NCBI GenBank assembly: GCA_963796725.1 | Contig: CAWCMT010000001.1 | Coordinates: 161,405 to 225,404, forward strand | DNA: 64,000 nucleotides | DNA from: an uncultured Actinomycetes bacterium | GTDB taxonomy: Bacteria; Actinomycetota; UBA4738; HRBIN12 | Direction of reading: 5' to 3' | Part shown: positions 53,329-64,000 of the stretch, in pieces | Numbering within the stretch: position 1 is the first letter of the stretch | Layout: each line of letters starts with the position of its first letter | Made by a program: the position numbers and the translations under genes | Notes under the pieces: generated by a model | Told to the model about the DNA's origin: nothing | Seen by the model: the letters and a program-made list of their open reading frames with translations, nothing else | Database searches by the model: none

Positions 53329-54547
53329 TACTTCCGGCGCTTGGGCTTGCTCAAGCCCGCTGCGGCGCCCGCGCGCGCTGCCGCTGAAGACGGTCCGCGG
53401 CGGCGCCACCTTCATGCCCTCCAGCTCGAACTCCTCATGCAGGTCGAGGCGTGCCGCCATGCGGCTCACGTCGCCCAGCCTGGTCCGGCGTCACGAACGT
53501 GATGCTGGTGCCCGCTGCGGCCCGCGCGCGCGGTGCGGCCGACGCGGTGCACGTAGCCCTTGTCGTCCTGGGGGGGTCGTAGTTCACGACGAGCGTGATG
53601 TCGTCGAGGTCGAGACCGCGGGCCGCGACGTCGGTGGCGATCAGCACGCCCACGTGCTTGTCCTCGAACCGCTGCAGTGCCTTCTCGCGCGCCTGCTGGG
53701 TCATGTCGCCGTGCATCGTCACCGTGGGCACACCCTCGTTCGCGCAGTTGGCGGCCAAGCGTATCCACATGGCGCTTCGTGTTCACGAACACCAGCGTGA
53801 GGCCCGTCTCATCCTCGGCACGGGCCAACTCGATCAGCTTCTCCAGCTTCCCGTGCGACTCCACGGGGATGAACTGTGATCGGCCTCATCCACGGTCTGC
53901 GAGTCCGACTCGATCTCGTGACGGACCGGGTTCCGCGTATAGACCTCGGCGATCCGTCCGACCGCGCCGTCGAGCGTGGCCGAGAAGAACATCGTCTGGC
54001 GGTCCTTCGGCAGGTGGCGAACGATCCGATCGACCTGAGGCTGGAACCCCATATCGAGCATCCGGTCTGCCTCATCCAGGACGAAGATCCGCACGGCATC
54101 GAGACGCACGAGCCTGCGCTCCACCAGGTCGTCGAGGCGCCCCGGCGTGGCGACAGGATGTGGGCGCGGTCGACGCCCTTAGCCTGCTCCTTGACGTTCG
54201 TGCCGCCATACACCGCCTTCACCTTCAGGTCCTTCGCCTTCGCGATGTCTATGAAGTCGTCCTTGACCTGCGTGCAGAGCTCCCGGGTGGGCACGAGGAC
54301 GAGCGCCTCGGGCCGCTTCGTCGGACGCGGGATCGAGCTGCTCCACGATCGGGATCGCGAAACCCAGCGTCTTGCCGGAGCCGGTCTTGGACTTGGCGAG
54401 CGTGTCGCGACCTGCGGTGGCATCCACGATGACCATCGCTTGGATCGGGAACGGCTCGTCGATCCCCCGAGCCGCGAGTGCGTCGATGACGGCGTCGGAG
54501 ACGCCGAGGTCATGGAAGGAAGGGATTACAGGGGCCATATCGGGCAT
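53329..54547 (-). pseudogene. DEAD-box ATP-dependent RNA helicase, with at least 5 frameshifts.
   Basis: Pieces in several frames carry the Q-motif/Walker A (..PFPIQAM...AKSKTGSGKTLGFAIP), VLDEADRMLDMGF, SAT and a C-terminal helicase domain ([13 protein letters not shown]...[10 protein letters not shown]). Confidence 0.7.
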
Positions 54548-54727
54548 ATCAGCGTACCCGGTTCTCTACAGCTCGAACGCGCCATCGAGCGCTCCGACGA
54601 GATGCGACAACGATCAGGAGCTGGGCGAGGGCGAGCGCCTCGGAGCGACGCTCACCATGTTCGGGGTGGCGGACGATCCCGATCCGCTCCCAGTGCAGCC
54701 GATCGTCCGGGCGGAGGTAGGACCAGA

Positions 54728-55551
54728 TCATGTCCTCGATCTCCTCACCCAGGCGGGCGGGCAGTTGCCGTCGATGTCGAGCACACTCAGCGGACCGCGG
54801 GCGTCGGTCCGGGTCGACCAACGGATGGGCTCCTCGCGACGGCGCCGCTTGAGCGAGCCGACCAGCTCGCGTAGCCCCGGGAACGGAAGCGTCGGCCGCA
54901 CGATAAGACGTGCGGACAGGGGCTCGTCGGCGTCCGCGCGGGGCCGGCGATGGAACATCACGATGATGTCGGCGAACATCCGCTGCGGGCGCACATACTC
55001 GGCGACATCTGGCTCGCGACGTTCGAGCTGGTCCACCACCTCCTGCGGGGAGTAGCCGCGATCGAATACGTCTCGCTCGAGCTTCCAGCGTCGGCGAAGG
55101 ATCTCCTCCGGCTCGAGGAAGACGGCCACGTCGATCGCGTCGCGGGTGGAGCGCTCGGCGAGCGGCAGGAGCCCTTCCACGATCAGGAACTCCCCCGGCT
55201 GCGATGGTCTCATCCTCGCCGAACGTCCCGGTCCGGTGTTCGTAGGTCGGCTTCGTCACCGCAGCGCCGGCGGCAAGCAGCCGGAGATGCTCCGCCAGCA
55301 GGTCGAGCCGGTTGGCCTCGGGTGCCAGCGGCGTGACGCCCCGCTCGCGCGCGCGCGGCACGGATCCAGCGGTGGTAGTCGTCCGTGCACACACGCGCAC
55401 ACGTTCCACCCCGAGGATGTACTCGATCCCGCGGCGAGAGCGTGCTCTTGCCCGAGGCGCTGTCCCCGGCCAAGCCCAGGAACACCGGACGCTGGCCCAC
55501 GGGCCCGGTGACCCGCAGATCGATCGTCGCCGGGGTCGTCATGTCCACCAT
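54728..55551 (-). pseudogene. Phosphoribulokinase/uridine kinase-family P-loop kinase, frameshifted.
   Basis: The N-terminus carries GLAGDSASGKST. Later pieces in other frames include ..FLIVEGLLPL... Confidence 0.5.
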
Positions 55552-55665
55552 CGTGGGGCAAGAGGGTAGCCGAGACGGTCCGCGGAGCGGTAGGAGCCGG
55601 GCACAGATACATCGCACCGGCGCTCGCCGGTAGGCTGACGAACTCTGACCGAGCACGGGGGAACG

Positions 55666-56530
55666 ATGGACGACGCATCCAGCTCTGGAACGAATTCGCC
55701 GCGCAGATCGCGGTGGACAGCATCCGCGCGCACCACGGCCGCCGGGTCGGGGCATCCCACGTCGTCGATGTCGTGCGCCCATCTGCTTCGCGTGCTGTAC
55801 GCGAGTCACCTGCGGACCGACGTCGCGGTACCCACGGTACCCGTCGGGAACGATCGGTTCATGATGTCGAAGGGGCATGCGGCCCCGGCGCTGTACGCCG
55901 TCCTGAAGGGCGATCGGCGCGATCCGACGAAGAACTGTCTGTCCCTGCGCCGGATGGGCTCGCCGATCCAGGGCCATCCGCGCCCGTTGCCCGAGCTGCC
56001 CTGGATCGACGTGGCGAGCGGCTCGCTCGGCCAGGGGCTGGCCGTCGGCCTCGGGATGGCGATGGCGATGACGCATGGACGGGAACCCCGGGACGCACGT
56101 GGGTCCTGATGGGGGACTCGGAGGTCGCCGAGGGCTCCGTGTGGGAAGCCATGGAGGCGGCGGCCTTCCACGCGGTCGACAACCTCACGGCCATCCTGGA
56201 CCTGAACCGTCTCGGCCAGCGCGGTCCCACGATGCACGAGTGGCGCGCCGATACTGTTCGCGCAACGTGCCCAGGCGTACGGCTGGCACTCGATCGAGAT
56301 CGACGGACACGACGTCGCCTCGATCGACCGTGCCTACACGGAGGCAGCGGCCGACGACAGGCCCACGCTGATCGTGGCGCGTACCGAGAAGGGCCACGGG
56401 GTCTCGTTCCTGGCCAACCAGGAGGGATGGCACGGCAAGGCGGTTCCGGCCGACCGCGAGGCCGAGGCCATCGAGGAGCTCGGGGGCGATCCGATCGCTC
56501 ACGTCACGCCGCTCCTCGACCGGAGCCCTA
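55666..56530 (+). pseudogene. Transketolase N-terminal section (split-type transketolase subunit A), with multiple frameshifts.
   Basis: AAGSGHPTSSMSCAHLL..., DRFMMSKGHAAPALYA and WVLMGDSEVAEGSVWEAMEAAAFH appear across different frames. Confidence 0.55.
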
Positions 56531-56539
56531 CCACGAGAT

Positions 56540-57526
56540 CGTGCTCGGCGAGCCCGACCCGAGCCCGCGCCCGCCTACGACGAGGCGGTCGCCACGCGCA
56601 AGGCGTTCGGCGAGACCCTCGCGTGGCTCGCCGGCCATCGTCCCGACCTCGTCGTCCTCGACGGCGAGGTCGGCAACTCCACGTACACCGAGGACTTCCA
56701 GGCGGTGGCCCCCGAGCGGTTCGTGGAGATGTACATCGCCGAGCAGTGCATGGTGGGGGTGCAGACGGGCCTGCAGGCGATCGGGAAGACGGCGTTCGCC
56801 GCGACCTTCGGCGCGTTCCTCTCGCGGGCTGCCGACTTCGTGCGCATGGGCGCGATCAGCCGCGCGAACCTGCGGATCTGCGGGTCTCACGCCGGCGTCT
56901 CGATCGGCGAGGACGGGCCGTCGCAGATGGCGGTGGAGGATCTCTCCATGTTCCGCACGCTGCACGGATCCACGGTGCTGTATCCGGCCGACGGCAACGC
57001 CACCGTGCAAGCTGGTGAGCGCCGATGTGCGACCTGCCGGGCATCTCCTACATCCGGACCACGCGCGAGGCGACGCCGCCCCTGTACGACGGCGACGAGG
57101 CGTTCCCCATCGGCGGGTCGAAGACCCTGCGGCTGGAGCGAGCACGACGTCGCCACGCTGGTGGGCGCCGGCGTCACGCTGTCACGAGTGCCTGGCGGCC
57201 GCGGACCGGCTGGCCGGCGAGGGATCGCCGTCCGGGTGATCGACGCCTACTCGGTGAAGCCGATCGACGCCGAGCGCCCTGCGCGATGCGTTCGACGAGA
57301 CCGGCCTGCTGGTCGTGGTCGAGGACCACCGGATCGAGGGGGGCATCGGCGACGCCGTCCTCGATGCGCTCGCGGCGACGGGGGCGATGCAGCGGCACGC
57401 GTCGATGAAGCTCGCGGTGACGGAGATGCCGGGATCGGGCACGGCGCGAGCGAGCTGCGGGCGTGGGCCGGGATCGACGCCGATTCGATCGCGGCTCAGG
57501 TCAGGGCTGCCCGCGCGTCGGACTGA
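56540..57526 (+). pseudogene. Transketolase C-terminal section (split-type subunit B), with multiple frameshifts.
   Basis: ...ICGSHAGVSIGEDGPSQMAVEDLSMFR, YIRTTREATPPLY and VKPIDAE...VEDHRIEGGIG appear across different frames. Confidence 0.55.
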
Positions 57527-57541
57527 GACACGGCTGCCGGA

Positions 57542-59816
57542 TCACACCTTCGATCCGATGGCGCCGGGAACCGGAACGCCGCCGAACGCGTAGGCGATGA
57601 TCTCCTCGGGCGGCACCGGCTTGGCGAAGAGGAACCCCTGCCCCAGCTCACATCCGCGATCGCGGAGGAAGTTCAGCTCGCTCTCGGTCTCGATCCCCTC
57701 CGCCAAGGTCGTGATGCCGAGTCCCCTCGAAAGGTCGAGGAAGGCACCGACGATGCTGGCCGACTGAGGATCGGCCTCCACCCCGCTGACGAAGGACCGG
57801 TCGATCTTGAGGACGTGAACCGGCATCTCCCGCAGGCGGGAGAGGGACGAATACCCGGTGCCGAAGTCGTCGATCGCGATCCTCAGCCCGGCGTCGTTCA
57901 GCTCCCACAGGATCTCCTGTGCGCGGTCGGGGTCCACCATGGCCGAGCTCTCCGTGATCTCGACGAGGATGGTGGAGGGATCGATCCCCCCAGAGCGGAT
58001 CTGGCGGACGATGCGCTGCGCCAGGTCCGGCTGCCAGAACTGCCGCGGCGACAGGTTGAAGCCGATCTCCAGATCCAGGTCCAGCTCCCGCCAGGCGTTC
58101 GCCTGGTAGACCAGCTCCCGCACCACCCAATCCCCGATCACCTCGATCAGGCCGAGCTCCTCGCTCAACGGGATGAAATCGTTCGGCGGCACCATCGTGC
58201 CGTCGGGCTCGATCCAGCGGATCAGGGCCTCGACGCCCCGCATCCGACCCGAGGCCAACTCGACCACCGGCTGGTAGTGGAGGGTCCAGCGCTGGGCATC
58301 CACGGCCTTGCGCAGCCGCGTCACGAACTGCAGCTTGGCGCCGGAATCGAACGCTCCGCGCGAGGAGACCACGTACCCGCCGGGCCCCGCCTTCTTGGAC
58401 TCGTACATCGCGGCCTCCGCGTTGTGCTGCAGGACGCCACCGTCCGGCGCATCCTGGGGGAACAGGCTGAGACCGAGGCTGACCGACACGTATAGCTCGG
58501 TCGTATCCACCATGAACGGCGCCGCCATCGCGTCGTGGACGCGTTGTGCCGTGGCCTCGGCACGCACCACGGCGGTATCCATGTCGCCAGGATCGCGCTC
58601 GAGGTCCGACAGCAGCATCAGGAATTGATCCCCGCCGCGGCGCGCCACCAGGTCGGTCTCACGGGATGCCTCACGCAGACGCGCGGCCACCATCCGCAGC
58701 AACTCGTCACCGTTGCGATGGCCGAGCGAATCGTTGGCGAGTCGGAAGTCATCGATGTCGACACAGATCACCACCACCGACCGATCCCGACGTTCGGCGC
58801 GAGCGATCGAGAGCTCCAGGAGCTCCTCGAACATCGAGCGGCTCGGCAACCCCGTGAGTTCGTCGTGATAGGTGTTGAACGCCATGTCGACCTCGTCGCG
58901 CTTGCGCTCCGAGACATCCATCAACACCCCGTGTGAGAAGCCCGTTCCCCCCGGTTCGTCTCGGACCATGACGGCCTCGTCATGGATCCAGACCAGGCTG
59001 CCGTCCCGGTGGAACATCCGGTACTCCATGCGGAAGGGCTCTCCCGTCTCGTTGTGCCGTCGGTTCTCGCCGAGAGCGTGGTCCCGGTCTTCCGGGTGCA
59101 GCACTTTCGACCAGAGCTCGGGGTCGGCGAGCCATTCCTGCGGTGTGTAGCCGAGCATCGTCTCCACCTGTGGGCTGATGTAGATGGTCGACGCAGATCC
59201 GTCGGCAGCATCGATGTAGCTCACGGCCGGACCGTGACTCGACCATGGACCGGTAGCCGTCGTCGCTCAGCCGTTTCGTGTCTTCTTCCCGCACCCGCGT
59301 GAGGGCTCCACCTAGGGTCGTCGCGATGGTACGGAGCGCGTCCACCTCGACATCCGACCACACCCGCTCGTGACGGTGATCCTCCAACCCGACGTGACCC
59401 CACCACTCCGTACCGCAGAACACGGGAACCGCGACGACGGCGCGGACGTGTCGTGAGCCGAACAGCTCGCGTTCCGCATCCGGAAGATCGCTCAGCCTAG
59501 CCCGCACGACGTCCCCACCGCCGAGGATCTCGATCCACCGAGCCAGGTCGGGGGCGTAGGGACGCGCGCGGTCGGACGGGTCCTCGGGGGAGGGTGTCGT
59601 GGCCGGTGAGGACCACTCCGCCGCCAGATCCATCCACAGCCTGCCGTTGTCGTCCCTGCAGTTGCGGAAGGCGAACGCCCGGTCCGCGGACGCGGCTGCG
59701 CCAAGGTGCGCAAGCACCTCCTCGAGACGCTCGACCCAGTCCCCGCCTTCGAACAGACGACCCGAGGCGGAGGCTGCGGCCTCCAGCATCGTATCGCCAG
59801 CCGCGGGGCCACTCAC
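57542..59816 (-). pseudogene. GAF-PAS-GGDEF-EAL signalling protein, paralogous to 51103..53323 and carrying one frameshift near 59225.
   Basis: GGDEF (RRGGDQFLMLL) and EAL (EALIRW, KIDRSF, EGIETESE) domains, with an N-terminal GAF-like part in the adjacent frame. Confidence 0.7.
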
Positions 59817-59896
59817 GACTCGGATATCGGCGCGGCGCCCGACGTACTGAAGGCGGGCGACCGGGCGAACCAGCGGCCTGCTACGCTCTTGCGACC

Positions 59897-60181
59897 ATGT
59901 CTGACTACAAAGAAGTGATGCACGAGCGGATGTACGTACGTGTGCCCGGCACCGACAAGCTGCGGAAGACTGCGTCCTCTCGGCTACAGCATCTGCTGGC
60001 TACCGGCTGGCGCGAGACGGACCGCCAACAATTCCCCGACCACGTGATGGTGCGGTTCGAGCGGACCGGCCACGCCCCCATGAAGGCGCGGCTGCCGAAG
60101 GCGGCTCCGGAAGTGCGCATCGAACGGCGGCCACGCCGCGATGGGAATCAGCAGGGCGGCCGCGGACGCGGCCGCCGCTAG
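59897..60181 (+). CDS. Small Arg-rich hypothetical protein.
   Basis: A 94 aa ORF (MSDYKEVMHERMYVRVPG...) in a locally lower-GC stretch just upstream of the KamA gene. The ribosome-binding site is weak. Confidence 0.3.
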   Translation: MSDYKEVMHERMYVRVPGTDKLRKTASSRLQHLLATGWRETDRQQFPDHVMVRFERTGHAPMKARLPKAAPEVRIERRPRRDGNQQGGRGRGRR

Positions 60182-60360
60182 GCATCAGCGCCTGACAGGG
60201 ATCCACGCCGGATCCCCGGGGGTGATCCGCGGGACCGGATATCCTTCGGGCAACTATCTTTCTTGCCGGATGCTGTTCGGGTAGACTATGAGGACACCGA
60301 TGAGTCATCGGTGCGCAGGCCGAACCCGTGGCCGGCCCACGACCGATCAGGGGGTCAACC

Positions 60361-61798
60361 ATGAGCATCGACATCCACCCGAAGCCGTCCAACCTACGCC
60401 CGGGCCACCGTGAGTCGCACGCCCACGTGGCCGAGGATCAGCCGTTCCACTACCCGCTCCGCCGCGCCTACGTAGAGCCTGACTGGACGCGCCTCCCCGG
60501 CTATCGAGACGTGACGAAGGAGCAGTGGGAGTCCGCGCAGTGGCAGCGGGCGCACTCGGTGAAGAACCTCAAGGAGTTCAAGGATGCTCTCGGCGCTCAC
60601 CTCACCGACGAACTCCTCGAGGACATCCGACTCGATCAGGCAGAGCGCGCCACGATGTCGATGCTGATCCCGCCCCAGATGATCAACACGATGGACGAGA
60701 CCGACCTGCGGGGAGATCGCGTACGTCGGTACATGGCCCCGGCCTTCAGCGAACGAGACTCGGAGTGGGCGAGCCATCCGATGGCCTCCCGTGACTCCCT
60801 CCACGAGGCCGACATGTGGGCGGTCGAGGGTCTGACCCATCGCTACCCCACGAAGGTGCTGGCCGAACTGATCCCCACGTGCCCCCAGTACTGCGGCCAC
60901 TGCACCCGCATGGACCTCGTGGGCAACGACACCCTTCAGATCTTGAAGTACAAGTTCGAGACCAAGCAGAACGAGCGATGGGACCTGATGCTGGACTACC
61001 TGCGGTCGCACACCGCAGGTTCGCGACGTCGTGGTGTCGGGGGGCGACATGGCGAACGTGCCAGTGAAACGGCTCGAAGGCTTCGTGATGTCGCTGTTGG
61101 ATATCGAGAACATCCGCGACATCCGGATCGCCACCAAAGGTCTCATGGGGATCCCGCAGCATTTCCTCCAGGACGACGTCAAGGCGGCGTTCGGACGCAT
61201 GGGCGCGCGGGCGGCGGATCGGGGCGTTGACCTCGCGGTGCACACCCACGTGAACTGCGCACAGCAGGTCACACCGCTGGTCGGCCGGGCGGCGCGCATG
61301 GTGCTGGACGCGGGTTTCCGCGACGTGCGCAACCAGGGTGTGCTACTTCGCGGCGTGAACACCGCCCCCAACGACCTCCTGGAGCTCTGCTTCACCCTCC
61401 TGGATCACGCGAAGATCATGCCCTACTACTTCTACATGTGCGACATGATCCCCAACGCCGAGCATTGGCGGACCTCCGTGAAGGAGGCGCAGGACCTGCA
61501 GTACCAGCTCCTCGGGTACCTGCCGGGGTTCGCGACCCCGCGGGTGATCTGCGACGTGCCCTTCGTTGGCAAGCGCTGGGTCCACATGCTGAAGTCCTAC
61601 GATCAGACGCGAGGGGTCTCGTACTGGACGAAGAACTACCGGACGGGGATCGAGGCCGAGGACCCCGAGGCCCTCACGCGCGAGTACGTGTACTTCGACC
61701 CGATCTACACGCTGCCCGAGGAGGGGCAGCGGTGGTGGCGGGAGCAGGTCGCGAACGGCCTCCCGGAGGCTCGGTGGGTCGAGCCCACACATGCCTGA
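60361..61798 (+). pseudogene. KamA-family radical SAM aminomutase (lysine 2,3-aminomutase-like), with one frameshift near 61015.
   Basis: CPQYCGHCTRM radical-SAM cluster motif. The C-terminal half (61031..61798) continues a KamA-type protein. Confidence 0.65.
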
Positions 61799-61809
61799 TG
61801 CCCTGAGCA

Positions 61810-63360
61810 CTACCCTCCGGCGTTGCCGCTGAGATCGCCGACGTTGGTGCCATAGGGACAGTCCTGACGGATCGGCAGCACGAGCTTCTGGGTGTCCGGC
61901 GGCGCGGAGAAATCGAAGGCGCCCGCCAGGGGCGGAGGCCTGCGCATCACGCTGCGTGAGCGACTTCAACCCGTGCAGGTCCTCGATGAACTTGAGCACG
62001 CTGGAGAACTCGTAGGGCGTGTGGTCCACGTACCCGCCGTCCGGGTTGTTCCCCGCTGCGCGTGTACGGGCTGATGATCAGGGCGGGTGTCCGGGGGCCC
62101 AGACCCATGATGTCGAAGTGTGGGGGCTTGACGGGATCGTAGAAGCCGCCGAAGTCATCCCACACCACGACGATCGCCGTGGACCGCCAATAGCGACTCT
62201 GCATGACCGTGTTGATCTGATTCACGGTCCAGTTCTCGCCCGCGCAGACGGAGATCGGAGAGTAACTCGAACTGTTGGGGTCGGAGTCTCCGGGATGCTC
62301 GTTGTAGGGCTCGGGCGGGATCAGCCAGGACACCGCAGGGAGGTGCCCCGACCTTCACGTCGTCGATGAAGTTGGAGGGATCCTGCACCTTGGACCAGAT
62401 GGCCGGGGTGAACCGATCGTGCCTGATCGCCTGGAGCCCGTTCATCCAGTGATCCTTCAGGGCGTAGTACTTCCAGTAGACGCCCGCCGCCTGCAGCTCG
62501 TCCGGTAGCGACTTGATCGGCACGCAGGTCCGCGCTTGCACCCAGTACTGGGAGATCTTGTACAGCTGGTCCGGGATCTTCTGGGTGATGTGGTTCTCGA
62601 GCTTCGGTGATCTTGGCCAGGTCGGCTCGCTCAGCTTCTCGAGCGGGAAGCGCGGGGCGTACTCGGTGGGATCGTCGCAGTAGCTCCCGGGGTGGTCGAC
62701 CGTGCTCTTGTTGTCGACGATGCCGTAGCTCTGTGCGGCCACCGTGTAGAGGTGCTCTGGGAACGTCGGACCGTACATCGATGTGAAGAAGTGGTCGGCT
62801 AGGACGAATCGGTCGGCGTACTTCCAGTAGTTCGGGATCCCGGACCGGTCGAAGTACGCGTAGCCCGACTTGTCCTGGCCCGAGCCGATGATGTTGTACC
62901 CGTCCATCCGTCCGCCGTCGATCGCGTACAGACCCGAGGAGAACCCGTGCGTGATGTCGTGCGGCTGCACGTCCTCGGCCTTCGTGAGCTGGTAGTCAGG
63001 GCCCGGGGCTGCACCCATCGCCGGTGCAATCCAGCGTCTTTCCGGTCGTGGTTCCCACGGCGCCGTGCCCGTAGGTGGCGAAGTAGTTGTTGAAGGTGCG
63101 GTTCTCCTTGACGATGAAGATCACGTGCTTGATCGGATTGCGCCCTGGCGCGATCTGATCGGGCGAGGGCGCGCCGCTCCCCTTGCCTCCGTGCTTCTTC
63201 ACGTTCGCCCGCTCAGCACCTCCGGACGGCCAGATGAGCCAGGCAAGCACCACGAGCCCGACGACGACGATCGCGACGAAGGCACGCCGCCGCACCACCT
63301 GCTTGTGCGTGGGCCCGCGGTGCGACGCAGGGCGGATGATGGGACCGGGGCGCTGTTGCA
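61810..63360 (-). pseudogene. Phosphoesterase-family protein (phospholipase C / acid phosphatase AcpA family), with multiple frameshifts.
   Basis: Pieces include ...HVIFIVKENRTFNNYF..., ...WDDFGGFYD... and a C-terminal ...[20 protein letters not shown]. The stop is recovered in the +1 frame. Confidence 0.55.
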
Positions 63361-63417
63361 CGATCCAGCAGTCTACCGCCCGCTTTCGGGGCGAGGGTCC
63401 ATGACGGTCGAGCGTGG

Positions 63418-64000
63418 TCGCCAGCCTTTCGCGGACGGCTGCGTACCTCGGTTCACGCGCCACGTTGCGGAGCTCGCCCGGGTCCGAACGGCCGATGGCG
63501 CCGGTGAGATCGTAGAGTTCCACGGTCCCGTCACGGCTCTCGACATAGGCGTAGTTGCGCGTCCTCACGCCCCGCCACGGCGGCACCTCGAGGTCGCCGT
63601 TCCACTCGATCAGCTGCGGACGGTTCGGGCCGGGGGTGGGCGCATGGCTCCCGATCGTCGAGGGCTCGTTGAGGAGGCCCGCGAAGCTCCTGCCGTCCGG
63701 CGGGACGCCTGGCACGACGCCCGCCAGATCGGCGATCGTCGGGGCCAGGTCGACGTTGGAGACGAGCGTGGGGATCCTGCCGGCGCTGAGCCACGGCGCG
63801 TAGACCGCCAGCGGGGTCCGGATGCACGGGTCGTACGCACATCGCTTCCCCTCCCATCGGTGTTGACCGAACGCGTAGCCGTTGTCCGTCAGGAAGATGA
63901 AGACGGTTCGGTCCAGCTCGCCGCGGGCGGCGACCTCCTGGTAGAGGCGCCGGACCGCATCGTCGACCGAGCGCAGGGTCTCGCGCTCCTTCCGCCGATC
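63418..64000 (-). CDS. Sulfatase (arylsulfatase family) C-terminal part. The 5' end lies outside the window and the 3' end is uncertain: the reading frame runs on into the phosphoesterase N-terminus with no stop.
   Basis: Sulfatase C-terminal pattern ...NGYAFGQHRWEGKRCAY...VELYDLTGAIGRSDPGELRNVA... Confidence 0.4.

Noticed and set aside
51061-53335. A 14-of-15 nt direct repeat, CCTAGCGAGC(C)TACT, at both ends of the first GGDEF-EAL gene.
   Set aside because: In 64 kb of biased-composition sequence, chance matches of this length are expected several times. There is no target-site duplication or transposase nearby.

Overview
This 64 kb window is very GC-rich (roughly 70%) and looks like actinobacterial chromosome. 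It contains no rRNA, tRNA, CRISPR or obvious mobile elements; it is a dense catabolic neighbourhood for quaternary amines, N-methyl amino acids and polyamines. The centrepiece is a minus-strand gene string of about 13.5 kb (17131 down to 3597) with almost no intergenic gaps. Its order is: dimethylglycine dehydrogenase/oxidase, cobalamin-binding corrinoid protein, a small RWRD-motif ORF, methyl-THF:corrinoid methyltransferase, RamA-type reductive activase, MttB-superfamily (non-pyrrolysine) methyltransferase, MetF, then SoxD-SoxA-SoxG'-SoxB of a heterotetrameric sarcosine oxidase. This appears to encode a complete glycine betaine -> dimethylglycine -> sarcosine -> glycine route whose first step is corrinoid-dependent, which is unusual for a high-GC, apparently aerobic organism. 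Around it are the tail of a second sox operon (soxA-soxG, plus strand), a second DMG-dehydrogenase paralog, a ProXWV-type betaine ABC importer and a BetA-like choline dehydrogenase. Further along are an amine oxidase / enoyl-CoA hydratase / NDP-forming acyl-CoA synthetase / EamA operon, a PotABCD-like polyamine importer, an MFS transporter, SDR, hydrolase and PuuB-like oxidase genes, and a tdh-kbl pair (threonine -> glycine). The remainder includes an MMPL transporter with a divergent TetR, two paralogous PAS/GAF-GGDEF-EAL proteins, a DEAD-box helicase, a split transketolase, a KamA-family radical SAM enzyme and phosphoesterase and sulfatase genes. About 20 genes carry one or more frameshifts, often at G/C homopolymer runs, so many reading frames are split. 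I cannot tell from sequence alone whether these are assembly or sequencing errors or true pseudogenes. I mark a gene as pseudogene where I verified the frame change by translation. I believe that many long ORFs in the supplied track (for example 8233..11112 +, 44040..46457 +, 15383..17149 +) are antisense GC artefacts.
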